Notes: generated by a model not told the origin, from the sequence alone. A DNA stretch of 64,000 bases from Patescibacteria group bacterium (GCA_021735685.1 JAIPGN010000001.1:111669-175668); one strand, 5' to 3'; shown: positions 1 through 10,302, counted from the first letter of the stretch. Translations and numbers: made by a program.

Positions 1-171
1 GTTAATTTTACCAAAAAGCAAATTGCCTTGGTTCTTAAAATTGACACTAATTTTGTGCCAGTAATGGAGTATTTTGAGATTTTTACTGAGCGAATGGCTT
101 ATTGTCGCAAGGCAGCTGAGTATTTGGGTTATAAGTTTGGTTTGATTGTGAATGGTTTTAAATTGTTGTAA
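1..171 (+). CDS. 3' end of a probable HD-domain phosphohydrolase (partial; not in ORF track)
   Basis: Frame 1 is open from the window edge to TAA at 169-171: ...LKIDTNFVPVMEYFEIFTERMAYCRKAAEYLGYKFGLIVNGFKLL*, resembling the conserved C-terminus of a family of HD proteins. Confidence 0.55.
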   Translation, partial: VNFTKKQIALVLKIDTNFVPVMEYFEIFTERMAYCRKAAEYLGYKFGLIVNGFKLL

Positions 172-176
172 TTTTT

Positions 177-464
177 ATGGATTCTTTGCGTCAGAATAAA
201 ATTAATGAGTTAATTAAAAGGGAGTTAAGTGAAATTTTGATTAAAAATTTTGATTTTCCTTTAGATTGTTTGGTTACTATTTTAGATGTAGAAACTTCTT
301 CAGACTTGAGCAAGTCTAAAATATTTTTTAGTATTTTTCCCTTGGAGCAATCTTTGTCTGTTTTTAATCTTTTAAAAAAAGATATTGGGACTTTACAGAA
401 AGCTCTCAACAGGAGATTAAAAATGAAGGTGGTTCCTCATCTTAAACTTTATCTAAAGCAATAA
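177..464 (+). CDS. rbfA: Ribosome-binding factor A
   Basis: R..KINELIKRELSEI, VTILDVETSSDLS.SKIFFS, LKMKVVPHLK pattern. Confidence 0.9.
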   Translation: MDSLRQNKINELIKRELSEILIKNFDFPLDCLVTILDVETSSDLSKSKIFFSIFPLEQSLSVFNLLKKDIGTLQKALNRRLKMKVVPHLKLYLKQ

Positions 465-466
465 AA

Positions 467-1807
467 ATGGATCATTTTTTAAAAAAAATTGTTAATCTTT
501 GCAAAAGGCGAGGCTTTGTCTTTCCTTCTTCTGAAATTTATGGTGGCTTTGAAAGTTGCTATGATTATGGCTTTTTGGGCACACTGTTAATTAATAATAT
601 TAAGCAAGAATGGTGGAAATCAATGACTCAGTATCGTGATGATGTAGTGGGTCTAGATGCAAGTATTTTAATGGCTCCGCAAGTTTGGAAAGCTTCTGGT
701 CACTTAACCGCTGGCTTTAGTGACGCTTTAGTAGAATGTAAAAAGTGTCATCATCGTTTTCGTTTAGATTATTTATCAGAAAATAAATGTCCAGATTGCG
801 GAGGAGAATTAACTCCGGAAAAGAAATTTAATTTAATGATGAAAACTTTTGTCGGTTCTGCAGAAAATGAAGCTGCTGTCACTTTTCTGCGAGGAGAAAC
901 TTGTCAAGGGATTTACATGAATTATCGTTCTCTAAGAGATAGCTTGCGTCTTAAGGTTCCTTTTGGGATTGCTCAAATAGGTAAGGCCTTTCGTAATGAA
1001 ATTAGCCCACGTTATTTTATTTTTAAAACTAGAGAATTTGAACAAATGGAAATGCAATATTTTGTTTCACCTCAACCCGAAAAGAAAGATCAATGGTTTA
1101 ATTATTGGAAAGAGGAGCGCTTAAATTGGTATTTAGGATTAGGGGTTAAAAAGGAAAATTTGCGTTTCCGGAAACATGCTGAAGACGAATTAGCTCATTA
1201 CGCCCAAAAGGCATTGGACTTGGAATACAAGTTTCCTTGGGGTTGGGACGAAATAGAGGGGATTCATGATCGAGGAGATTGGGATTTATCTAATCATAGT
1301 CGACATAGTGGGCAAGACTTAAGCTATCTTGATCCACAAACTAACGAAAGATTTATTCCTCATGTTATCGAAACCTCGGCTGGAGTGGCTCGTTCTTTTT
1401 TGGTTTTTATGGCGGAAGCTTATACGGAAATAGAGGGAGGAAGAACGGTTACTACTAAATCTAATAAGGAGAAAGAAGTTTTTTTGAGCTTTGACCCTCG
1501 TTTAGCGCCTATTAAAATAGCAATTTTGCCTTTAAGCAAGAAAGAGCCTTTAGTAAATTTGGCTCGCGAGATTCAAAAAAAATTAAGACAAAATTGGATG
1601 ACTCAGTATGACCAAAGCTCTTCTATCGGTCGTCGTTATCGTCGTCAAGATGAAATTGGTACTCCTTATTGCTTGACCGTTGACTTTGATAGTTTAGAAG
1701 ATAAAAAAGTTACAGTTAGAAGTCGAGACACAATGCAACAAGAAAGAATAGAAATTTCTCAATTAGTTGACTTTTTCAGAAAAAAGATGAACTCAGCTGA
1801 GAATTAA
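467..1807 (+). CDS. glyQS: Glycine--tRNA ligase, homodimeric (alpha2) type
   Basis: LCKRRGFVFPSSEIYGG, LRGETCQGI, AQIGKAFRNEI, REFEQME, SIGRRYRRQDEIGTPYC. Confidence 0.97.
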   Translation: MDHFLKKIVNLCKRRGFVFPSSEIYGGFESCYDYGFLGTLLINNIKQEWWKSMTQYRDDVVGLDASILMAPQVWKASGHLTAGFSDALVECKKCHHRFRLDYLSENKCPDCGGELTPEKKFNLMMKTFVGSAENEAAVTFLRGETCQGIYMNYRSLRDSLRLKVPFGIAQIGKAFRNEISPRYFIFKTREFEQMEMQYFVSPQPEKKDQWFNYWKEERLNWYLGLGVKKENLRFRKHAEDELAHYAQKALDLEYKFPWGWDEIEGIHDRGDWDLSNHSRHSGQDLSYLDPQTNERFIPHVIETSAGVARSFLVFMAEAYTEIEGGRTVTTKSNKEKEVFLSFDPRLAPIKIAILPLSKKEPLVNLAREIQKKLRQNWMTQYDQSSSIGRRYRRQDEIGTPYCLTVDFDSLEDKKVTVRSRDTMQQERIEISQLVDFFRKKMNSAEN

Positions 1808-1808
1808 A

Positions 1809-1908
1809 AAAACGGGCGTTTTTTCGCCATTTTTAAAAAATGGGGCGGAAGTTAGCTCGGAGAGCGACTTCTGCGCCGAAAAAAAAGGGGGACTGTCCCC
1901 GATAAAAA
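1809..1908. repeat. Solo copy of the right end of the Y1/RAYT element, with GGGGACTGTCCCC at 1888-1900
   Basis: Ungapped manual alignment to 26915-27014 gives 77/100 identities. Confidence 0.85.
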
Positions 1909-1911
1909 AAT

Positions 1912-3189
1912 ATGTTGGAGAAAAATTTAGCTAATGGTTTAAAATTAATTAAAGTCCCCTTAAAAAACACCAAAACAACTACTGTTTTGGTGCTTTTGCC
2001 TGTGGGCTCTCGTTACGAAGGTCCGGAATTGTATGGTGCCTCTCATTTTATTGAGCACCTGATGTTTAAAGGGACCAAAAAGAGACCCAATAATTTAAAG
2101 ATTGCTCGTGTTTTAGATGCTATTGGCGCTCAATTTAATGCTTTTACTTCCAAGGATCACACTGGTTATTGGATTAAATCGGCAGCTGATAAGGTAGAAA
2201 CTAGCTTTGACCTTCTCTCTGATATGCTTTTTCATTCGCTTTTTCATTCAAAGGATTTTCAACAAGAAAAGGGAGTGATTGTTGAAGAAATTAAAATGTA
2301 TCAAGAGAATCCTTTGTTTTATATTGAAGATTTTTTCGAACAAACTCTCTACAATGGTCATTCTTTGGGAAGAACAATTAGTGGGCGGAGCACAGATGTT
2401 CGAAAGATGAAATTATCTAAATTATTGAATTATAAAAATAAATTTTATCAACCTGGGCAAATGGTCGTGGCAGTGGCTGGACAAATAGACCAGAAGCAGA
2501 TAAATAGTTTAGTGAAAAAATATTTTTTTCCTCAGGAATCTCAAAAAAAGAAGCAGAATCAGTATTCAGCTTTTTCTGCTCCTTCAAACCCAAAAACAAA
2601 GGTTAAAATTTTGCGGAGAAAAATTAATCAAGCGCAAATTGCTTTGGGAGGATTGGGTTGCGCTTATCATGATCAACGCCTAGAAGCTTTAATGCTTCTT
2701 CTTATCATCTTAGGAGGGAATATGAGCTCTCGTCTTTTTAACGAAGTTCGAGTTAAGAGAGGTTTAGCTTATTTTGTTAAAGCCGACCTCGATCTTTATC
2801 AAGATGTCGGAAGTTATTCTATTAGGGCGGGAGTAGACAAAAATAAGGTCTTAGAGACCTTAGAAGTAATTGCTACGGAGTTGCACCGAGTCAAAAAATA
2901 TGGAGTTAGTTCTTCAGAGCTCAAAAGAGCTCAGGATTATTTTCAAGGGACAATGCTCCTTTCTTTGGAAGATCCTTCTTTGTTGGCTTCTTGGTATGCG
3001 AAGCAAGCTCTTTTTTCTTTGGAGAAAATTACTCCAGCTCAAAGGATTAAAAAAATTAAAAAAGTTAAAGCTGAGGAAATTCAAGATTTAGCTAATCATT
3101 TTTTTCAAAAAAGTAAAATTAATCTAGCTTTGATTGGCCCTTTTCAGAATCCAAAACCCTTCTTGCGGGTTTTAGAGAATAAAGTATAA
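1912..3189 (+). CDS. M16 family zinc metallopeptidase
   Basis: Inverted zinc motif HFIEH (HxxEH), NAFTS, SSRLF.EVR.KRGLAY. Confidence 0.93.
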   Translation: MLEKNLANGLKLIKVPLKNTKTTTVLVLLPVGSRYEGPELYGASHFIEHLMFKGTKKRPNNLKIARVLDAIGAQFNAFTSKDHTGYWIKSAADKVETSFDLLSDMLFHSLFHSKDFQQEKGVIVEEIKMYQENPLFYIEDFFEQTLYNGHSLGRTISGRSTDVRKMKLSKLLNYKNKFYQPGQMVVAVAGQIDQKQINSLVKKYFFPQESQKKKQNQYSAFSAPSNPKTKVKILRRKINQAQIALGGLGCAYHDQRLEALMLLLIILGGNMSSRLFNEVRVKRGLAYFVKADLDLYQDVGSYSIRAGVDKNKVLETLEVIATELHRVKKYGVSSSELKRAQDYFQGTMLLSLEDPSLLASWYAKQALFSLEKITPAQRIKKIKKVKAEEIQDLANHFFQKSKINLALIGPFQNPKPFLRVLENKV

Positions 3190-3263
3190 TAGAGAAGAGA
3201 GGATTTGATTAATCTGGAATTAAAATTAGATTTTAAAATAATAATTAGAATAATTTTAGTTAT

Positions 3264-4295
3264 ATGTCTGCGGAAAAAATTACTATTATTAAGCCAGATT
3301 TTGGGTCAATTCTAAAAATAGTTGGCATTGGTCTTGGCCTTTGGGTTCTTTATTTGATTAGAGAAATTATTTTAATTGTTTTAGCGGCTAGTCTTTTGTC
3401 TACTATTATTTCGCCGGCAGTTAATTATTTAGAAAAAAAGAAATTGCCTCGTTGGTTGGGCGCTTTTTTTGTTTTTCTTGGCATTTTGGCAGTAGTGGCT
3501 TTAATTTTTTCAGCAATTGTTCCCATGGCTATTAGTCAAAGTAGGGTTTTTGTTCAGCAAATTCCCTCTATTGTTACTTCTTTTTTCAATAATCTCTCTT
3601 TAGAGATTCAGACTGAGCTGTCTGCTCTTTTAAAGCAATGGTTTGAAACTTCTCCTCTTGACGGACGGGTCGTTTTTTCTCTTTTGGGTAATGTGGCTGG
3701 CCAAATTTTTTCTTTTTTCACTATTTTAATTATTGCTTTTTACTTAACAGTTCGGGATCGGCAAAAAAACAAGACTTTTGTTTCTTTTTTGCCTCAAAAA
3801 TATCAAAAGTTTTTTGAAAGTTTTATCGATTCAACCAAAAAGCAAATTGGTGACTGGGGAAGGGGGTTATTGTTTCTTTCTTTGTTTGTTGGAATTTTAG
3901 CTTATCTTGGTTTATCAATTTTGGGAGTTAAATTTGCTTTAACCTTAGCTTTGATTGCGGCTTTAACCGAAGTTATTCCTTATATTGGTCCTTGGTTGGG
4001 AGCAATTCCAGCGGTGATGATTGCTTTTTTACAGTCTCCTACCTTAGCTTTGCTAGTTATTATTCTTTATATTGTTATTCAACAAGTGGAAAATGTTTTA
4101 TTAACTCCTAATATTATGCATCGGGCTGTAGGGCTTGATCCTTTGGTGATCATTATTATTCTTTTGATTGGCGGAAAATTAGCTGGTCCCTTGGGTATGA
4201 TTTTAGCTGTTCCTTTAGCTACCATTTGCTCTATCCTGATTAAGGAATATCAAAAATATCAGGAAACGGTTCCAAAAACAGTCTTTAAAGATTAA
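3264..4295 (+). CDS. AI-2E/PerM family transporter
   Basis: Multi-TM; IPYIGP, IQQVENVLLTP, GMILAVPLA. Confidence 0.9.
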   Translation: MSAEKITIIKPDFGSILKIVGIGLGLWVLYLIREIILIVLAASLLSTIISPAVNYLEKKKLPRWLGAFFVFLGILAVVALIFSAIVPMAISQSRVFVQQIPSIVTSFFNNLSLEIQTELSALLKQWFETSPLDGRVVFSLLGNVAGQIFSFFTILIIAFYLTVRDRQKNKTFVSFLPQKYQKFFESFIDSTKKQIGDWGRGLLFLSLFVGILAYLGLSILGVKFALTLALIAALTEVIPYIGPWLGAIPAVMIAFLQSPTLALLVIILYIVIQQVENVLLTPNIMHRAVGLDPLVIIIILLIGGKLAGPLGMILAVPLATICSILIKEYQKYQETVPKTVFKD

Positions 4296-4318
4296 ATAAT
4301 TTTGAAGAATAAGTTTAT

Positions 4319-5326
4319 ATGTTTGTTAAAAAAATAGGAATAGATTTGGGAACCACTAATGTTTTGGTTTATCTTCCTCATAGGGGGATTGTAACTAATG
4401 AACCTTCGGTGGTGGCTATTTCTACCACTGATAAAAGTATTTTGGCGGTTGGTGATGATGCTAAGGAAATGATTGGGCGAACTCCTGACACCATTATTGC
4501 TAAAAGACCTTTAAAGGATGGAGTGATTGCTGATTACAAAACCACGGAGGCGATGTTGCGTTATTTCGTGGGCAAGGCAGTGGGCCGTTTTAGTTTTTTC
4601 CGTCCAGAAGTTATGGTGGCAGTACCCGGCGGAATTACTTCTACTGAAAAAAGGGCGGTAGTGGATGCAACTATGCGAGCAGGGGCAAAAGCAGCTTACA
4701 TTATTAAAGAACCAATTGCGGCGGCTATTGGCTCTAACATTCCTATCGGTTCAGCTTCGGGTCATATGATTATTGATATTGGCGGAGGCACTACTGAGGC
4801 GGCAGTTATTTCTTTGGGTGGGATTGTAGCTTGCACTTCGGTCCGCGTGGCTGGCAATAAATTGGATGCTGCCATTGCTAGCTTTGTTCGTAAAAAATAT
4901 AATTTAGCGGTGGGTGAGAGGACGGCCGAGCAAATTAAAATTAAGATAGGTTCAGCCCTGCCTCTAGAGAAAAAGATGAAATTAGATATTAAGGGCCGAG
5001 ATATGATTTTAGGTTTGCCTCGTATTATTACAATTAACTCTGATGACATTACCGAAGCGATTCAAGATGAGTTAGACGCTATTATTACTGCAGTTAAATC
5101 AGTGCTTTATGACACCCCTCCTGAGTTGTCTGCAGATGTGATGAGTAAAGGGATGGTCCTTTCTGGAGGAAGTTCTTTGCTTAAAAATTTAGACAAGTTA
5201 TTAACTGATGCTATTGGAGTGCCAGCTTATTTATCTGAAGAACCCCTTTTATCCGTAGCTAAAGGAACAGGCATGGCTTTGGACAATTTGGAATCATATA
5301 AAAGGAGCGTATCTTCTAATAAATAG
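4319..5326 (+). CDS. mreB: Rod shape-determining actin homolog MreB/Mbl
   Basis: IGIDLGTTN, EPSVVA, DIGGGTTE, TPPELSAD. Confidence 0.95.
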   Translation: MFVKKIGIDLGTTNVLVYLPHRGIVTNEPSVVAISTTDKSILAVGDDAKEMIGRTPDTIIAKRPLKDGVIADYKTTEAMLRYFVGKAVGRFSFFRPEVMVAVPGGITSTEKRAVVDATMRAGAKAAYIIKEPIAAAIGSNIPIGSASGHMIIDIGGGTTEAAVISLGGIVACTSVRVAGNKLDAAIASFVRKKYNLAVGERTAEQIKIKIGSALPLEKKMKLDIKGRDMILGLPRIITINSDDITEAIQDELDAIITAVKSVLYDTPPELSADVMSKGMVLSGGSSLLKNLDKLLTDAIGVPAYLSEEPLLSVAKGTGMALDNLESYKRSVSSNK

Positions 5327-5391
5327 AAAAAAAGATTTATTCCCTTTTTTGTTGGGAATATAAGGAGAGAAAGATTATAATTTCATAAAGC

Positions 5392-6507
5392 ATGATTATT
5401 GGCATTGACGCCTCTCGGGCCAACCAAGAACAAAAAACTGGCGTGGAATGGTATTCTTATTATTTAATTGAAGAATTAAAAAAAATACCATTAAAATCAC
5501 AGGAGAAGATTATTTTATATTCTCCGCACAAGTTAAAGGGAAAATTGGGTGTTTTGCCTTCGGGCTGGGAGGAAAAAGTTTTATCATGGCCAATTGTTTA
5601 TTTATGGACACAGATTAGATTAGCCGGGGAAATGTTATTTCGCTCCCCGGATCTTTTATTTGTCCCCTCTTCAGGCCTTCCTTTTTTGCTCCCCAGGAAA
5701 AAAGTGATTACTGTTCATGATTTAGGTTTTAAACACTTTCCTGAATCTTATACTCTTTTTCAAAGATTTTATTATTTTTTGGTTCACTTTTGGTCAATTC
5801 GAATTGCAAGTCGAATCATTGTTCCTTCGGAATTCACTAAAAAAGATATTCAAAAGGAGTTTGGAATAGCAAAGGAAAAGATTAAAGTAATTCCTCTTGG
5901 CTTTCAACAACAAAATCGTAAAAATTTAAAAAAAGAGGTTATTAGTCTTTTGAACAAGTATGAGTTAAATTCGCCATTTTTTCTTTACGTAGGACGATTA
6001 GAAAAGAAGAAGAATATAGTTGGTTTAATTGAAGCTTATCAACGTTTTAGAAGGTCAACTTCGAAATCATTAATTCCAAAATTAATTTTGGTGGGGCGAC
6101 CTGGTTATGGTTATTCAGATATTCAAAAAAGCATTTTTTCCACTCCAGGAGTTAAAGAGTTGGGCTATCTGTCCTCTAAAGAATTATCTTTAATTTATTC
6201 TCAAGCTTTGGCTTTTGTTTTCCCTTCTTTTTATGAAGGTTTTGGAATCCCCTTACTGGAGGCTATGGCTAATGGTTGTCCAATTTTGTCTAGTTGGGCT
6301 GGTTCTCTGCCAGAAATAGGAAGAGATGCCGTTCTTTATTGTGATCCATTAAACTTAGATAGTATAACTCAGGGAATGTTAACTCTTTTTGAGAAGGAAG
6401 AGAAAAGGAAGGCTTTAATTAAAAAAGGTTATCAAAGAGTACAGTTTTTTTCTTGGAAAAAATGTGCCCAGGCCACAAAAAAAGTTTTATTTTCTTCATT
6501 AAAATGA
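5392..6507 (+). CDS. Glycosyltransferase family 4 (GT-B)
   Basis: TVHDL, YVGRLEKKKN, FPSFYEGFGIPLLEAM. Confidence 0.92.
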   Translation: MIIGIDASRANQEQKTGVEWYSYYLIEELKKIPLKSQEKIILYSPHKLKGKLGVLPSGWEEKVLSWPIVYLWTQIRLAGEMLFRSPDLLFVPSSGLPFLLPRKKVITVHDLGFKHFPESYTLFQRFYYFLVHFWSIRIASRIIVPSEFTKKDIQKEFGIAKEKIKVIPLGFQQQNRKNLKKEVISLLNKYELNSPFFLYVGRLEKKKNIVGLIEAYQRFRRSTSKSLIPKLILVGRPGYGYSDIQKSIFSTPGVKELGYLSSKELSLIYSQALAFVFPSFYEGFGIPLLEAMANGCPILSSWAGSLPEIGRDAVLYCDPLNLDSITQGMLTLFEKEEKRKALIKKGYQRVQFFSWKKCAQATKKVLFSSLK

Positions 6508-7469
6508 AAATTATTGGTCATCAAAAAATTATAGATTATTTGGTTAAAAGTGTTCATCGTAAAAAGCTGGCTCAATCTTATTTGTTTTGTGGACCAGCAC
6601 AGGTAGGAAAAAAAATGGTAGCCAAATATTTTGCAGCTACGATTCTTTGTGAACAAGAAGAGAATCCTTGTCTTCAGTGTGATTCTTGTTTACGAGTGGC
6701 TCAAGACGAACACCCAGATATTTATTATGTTCAGCCAGAAGAAAATAAGGAAATTATTGGCATTAATCAGATTAGATCTATGAAAAATGCCGCTATCTTT
6801 AGCCCCTTTTCTGGTTCGGCTAAAATTGTTATAATAGAGAAGGCTGATAATTTAAGTAAGGCGGCGGCAAATTCTTTGTTAAAAATTTTAGAAGATCCTC
6901 CTGATCGTGTTTTTATAATTCTTTTAGCTCAAGGATTGGCTAATTTACCTTCTACCATTTATTCTCGATGTCAAGTTTTAAGACTTAAGCCCCCCCATTC
7001 TTCAGAGATAATTTCTTTTTTGCAAGAAGAATTCAATTTTGATCAAGAAAAAGCTGAAAAAATAACAAGTTTATCTTGGGGTTTGCCGGGGCGGGCGATT
7101 AATTTAGTCAAAAATAAAGAGTTGGGTCTAAAAAAACAAGAAGAATTAATTTCTAAATTTTTATTTTTTCTAACCGAGAGAGACAATTTAGAAAATAAAA
7201 TAAAATTATCAGATTTGATATTAAAATCAGAGAGTCAAGAATCTTTGTTTGTTTTACTGCAAGTAGTTCGTGACTTTTATTTGATTAAAGCTGGATTAAA
7301 TTCGGCCACAGCCCTGAAAGAAGAGCAAAAAAAAAAATTAGCTCAAATGTATTCTTTTCTTGAGTTACGTCTTTTCGCCCAAGAGATTATGCGGGTACGA
7401 AATCAGTTAACTGCGCCTTTGAATAAAAAATTATTAATTGAAAATTTGTTTTTTAATAACTTTACTTAA
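6504..7469 (+). CDS. holB: DNA polymerase III delta' subunit
   Basis: IIGHQ, SYLFCGPAQVGK, Zn motif C..C..C..C, HPD, AANSLLKILEDP, TIYSRCQ; ATG at 6504 overlaps the upstream stop (ATGA). Confidence 0.9.
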   Translation: MKIIGHQKIIDYLVKSVHRKKLAQSYLFCGPAQVGKKMVAKYFAATILCEQEENPCLQCDSCLRVAQDEHPDIYYVQPEENKEIIGINQIRSMKNAAIFSPFSGSAKIVIIEKADNLSKAAANSLLKILEDPPDRVFIILLAQGLANLPSTIYSRCQVLRLKPPHSSEIISFLQEEFNFDQEKAEKITSLSWGLPGRAINLVKNKELGLKKQEELISKFLFFLTERDNLENKIKLSDLILKSESQESLFVLLQVVRDFYLIKAGLNSATALKEEQKKKLAQMYSFLELRLFAQEIMRVRNQLTAPLNKKLLIENLFFNNFT

Positions 7470-7480
7470 ATTTATTTAAT

Positions 7481-8536
7481 ATGATTTTTAAAAAAAATAT
7501 TTTAATTTTTCTTGTTCCTCTTTGTTTAGTTTTGGTTACAGCCTGCACTTCTAAGCCTCAGTATGGAGGGGGAGTTTTTAAAACTTTAGATGCTGGAAGT
7601 TCTTGGCAGCAAAAAACAAATGTTTGCGTTTTAGAAAACGAAAATAGAATTTTAGATCGGGTTGACGTCAATGTTTTAATTCTAGACCCTCAAGATCACC
7701 AAACTCTTTATTTGGGAACTAAAAGAAATGGCCTTTTTGTTAGCACCGATAGGGCTGAAAGCTGGGGAAAGTTGAGGAGTTTACCTAAAGGAGAGATTCA
7801 TGCCATTGCCATCCATCCTCAAGCTAAACATATTATTTTTGTATCTCTTGATAATCAGGTTTTTAGAAGTATAGACGCGGGTCGGACTTGGGAAATTGTT
7901 TACCTAGAGGCTTTACCCAAGGTTTATGTTAAAAAAATCTCCATTGATTCTTTTTCCCCAGAAAGAATTTATCTTGGCCTTTCTGATGGTCGTTTGATTC
8001 GGAGCGAAGATGAAGCTTTTAGTTGGGCTACTTTAAATAATTTTAAAGATAGTATTGAAGGGGTTTTAATTAACGCTGTCAGTCCTGAAAGAATTTATGT
8101 TGCCACTGCACAAAAGGGTATTTTTCGGTCAGACAATATGGGACTAGATTGGATTTCTTTAAGTGATTCTTTAAGTGATTATAATGGAGCAAAAAAAGTA
8201 TCTAAAATTTTATTTCAATCTTTCGATCCAGAGATTCTGGTCGCCTCCAGTAATTACGGGCTTTTAAGCACTAATAACCAGGGGCAAACCTGGCAAGACC
8301 ACAAATTGTTAACTGATTATGGAGATTTAAAGATAATTTCCTTTGATGTTCATCAGAGTAATCCTCAGATTATTTATTATACGGTTAAGGGAAGGAATTT
8401 AGTTTTTCAGTCTTTAGACGGAGGAATGAATTGGACTCCTAAATCAGTGCCTACCAAAAATCAATTATCAGCAATAATTATTGATCCTTTTAATCCTTAT
8501 CTTCTCTATTTGGGTTCAAATTCGGCCGAGAATTAA
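7481..8536 (+). CDS. Secreted or lipoprotein BNR/Asp-box beta-propeller protein
   Basis: Signal peptide with lipobox-like VTA-C; repeated S/TxDxGxxW Asp-boxes. Confidence 0.75.
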   Translation: MIFKKNILIFLVPLCLVLVTACTSKPQYGGGVFKTLDAGSSWQQKTNVCVLENENRILDRVDVNVLILDPQDHQTLYLGTKRNGLFVSTDRAESWGKLRSLPKGEIHAIAIHPQAKHIIFVSLDNQVFRSIDAGRTWEIVYLEALPKVYVKKISIDSFSPERIYLGLSDGRLIRSEDEAFSWATLNNFKDSIEGVLINAVSPERIYVATAQKGIFRSDNMGLDWISLSDSLSDYNGAKKVSKILFQSFDPEILVASSNYGLLSTNNQGQTWQDHKLLTDYGDLKIISFDVHQSNPQIIYYTVKGRNLVFQSLDGGMNWTPKSVPTKNQLSAIIIDPFNPYLLYLGSNSAEN

Positions 8537-8581
8537 AGACATAAATTTATAATTTATTTATTAATTTATTTTTTTAGTCAT

Positions 8582-9133
8582 ATGGATTTCATTAAGAATA
8601 ATCAAGAAAAATTTACTAAAGTTGTCGATTTTCTAAAGAAGGATGTTCAAAGTTTGAGAACTAATCGGGTTAGCACAGAATTAGTGGCGCCTATTTTAGT
8701 TGAAGCTTATGGAGTTAAAACGAGATTGGATCAGCTGGCCTCTCTTAGTATTCCTGAGCCTCGTTTGATCTTGATTCAGCCTTGGGACAAAAGCATTTTT
8801 AAAAACATTGAACAAGCCTTAATTAAAGCTGAAATCGGGGTTATGCCAGTGATTAGCGATGGCTTTATTCGTTTAAAAATGCCTTCTTTAAATGAAGAAA
8901 GCAGGAAACATTTAGTAAAAATTTTGCACGAGAAGTTAGAAAATAGTCGACGAAATTTACGAGGAATTCGAGATGAGGTTAAGGAGGAAATTGTGAATGC
9001 GGAAAAAAACAAAGAAATCAGCGAAGATGACAAGTATCGTTTTTTCGACGAACTTGACCAGACAACCAGAGAAGAGCAAGAAAAAATTAAAGAAATCGGA
9101 GAGAAAAAAGAAAAAGAAATTATGGAAATTTAG
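8582..9133 (+). CDS. frr: Ribosome recycling factor
   Basis: LRTNR, IQPWDKS, IRLKMPSLNEESRK, EISEDD, KKEKEIM. Confidence 0.96.
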   Translation: MDFIKNNQEKFTKVVDFLKKDVQSLRTNRVSTELVAPILVEAYGVKTRLDQLASLSIPEPRLILIQPWDKSIFKNIEQALIKAEIGVMPVISDGFIRLKMPSLNEESRKHLVKILHEKLENSRRNLRGIRDEVKEEIVNAEKNKEISEDDKYRFFDELDQTTREEQEKIKEIGEKKEKEIMEI

Positions 9134-9138
9134 TATTT

Positions 9139-10302
9139 ATGTTTATTGTTTTAGCCCTTCTTGCTCTTAGTGTTTTGGTTTTTTTTCATGAGCTTGGCCA
9201 TTTTTTAATGGCTAAGATTTTTAAGGTTAAAGTAGAAGAGTTTGGAATTGGCTATCCTCCTCGTCTTGGGGGTTTCGTTTTTGACAATTCAAAAATAAAA
9301 TTTTTTCGCGGCCAGAGAAAAAAGAAGTTTTCTTCTTCTCGGACAATTTATTCACTTAATTTAATCCCCTTAGGAGGGTTTACTAAACTTAAAGGAGAGA
9401 TGGGGGGGGATGAAAGCCCAGATAGTTTCGCTACCCAAGTTTGGTGGAAAAAGGCTTTAGTAGCTGGAGGAGGAGCTTTAATGAATGTTTTTTTAGCTAT
9501 TCTTCTTCTCTCTTTTCTTGGTTTAGTGGGAATTCCTCGGGATTTGAGTCAAGAAGATTTAAATACAGTTCAGGTTATAAGTGAACCTAAAATTCAAATT
9601 GGAGCAGTTTTTGCTGATTCGCCGGCAGCGCAAGCCGGTTTGGAGATTGGAGATGTTTTGTTGGCCATTGATGGTCAAGAATTTTCTCAACTAGATAAGG
9701 TTCAGAGTTATATTCAAGAAAAAGTCGGTCAATCTATTAACCTTAAGTATCAAAGGGAAGAAAAGATTTTTCAACAAAGTTTGCTAGTCTCCACTTATGA
9801 TGAGGCTTTCCAAGGACAAGAATCAACTCAGCCCCCTAACGACGCGGACAAAGGTTTTATTGGAGTCTTTTTGTCTCAAACTGCTTTGGTAAGATATCCG
9901 TGGTATCAAGCTTTGGGCCAAGGGGTTTCCATGACTTTTTCTCTTTTGGGGCAAATTTTTTCAGGAATCTTTCTACTTTTAAAAAGTTTATTGACTAAGC
10001 AGGAAATGATGGGAGGGGTGGTTGGTCCAGTAGGAATTACTCGGATGATTAGTGACACTGCCCGTTTGGGCTTTATTTATCTAATACATTTTGCCGCTAT
10101 ACTTTCGGTTGCCATTGGAGCTTTTCAATTAATCCCTTTTCCAGCTTTAGATGGCTCCAGAATTGTTTTTTCTTTAGTTGAGGGAGTGCGGAGCCGTCGT
10201 TTTCGTCCACAGACAGAGGCAATGATTATGGGATTAGGTTTCTATTTGTTATTAGCCCTTTTGGTTATTGTTAGTTTTCGGGAGATAGTAAATTTATTTT
10301 AA
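9139..10302 (+). CDS. rseP: RIP metalloprotease RseP (site-2 protease with PDZ)
   Basis: HELGH, IPLGGF, PDZ SPAAQAGL, IPFPALDG. Confidence 0.93.
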   Translation: MFIVLALLALSVLVFFHELGHFLMAKIFKVKVEEFGIGYPPRLGGFVFDNSKIKFFRGQRKKKFSSSRTIYSLNLIPLGGFTKLKGEMGGDESPDSFATQVWWKKALVAGGGALMNVFLAILLLSFLGLVGIPRDLSQEDLNTVQVISEPKIQIGAVFADSPAAQAGLEIGDVLLAIDGQEFSQLDKVQSYIQEKVGQSINLKYQREEKIFQQSLLVSTYDEAFQGQESTQPPNDADKGFIGVFLSQTALVRYPWYQALGQGVSMTFSLLGQIFSGIFLLLKSLLTKQEMMGGVVGPVGITRMISDTARLGFIYLIHFAAILSVAIGAFQLIPFPALDGSRIVFSLVEGVRSRRFRPQTEAMIMGLGFYLLLALLVIVSFREIVNLF

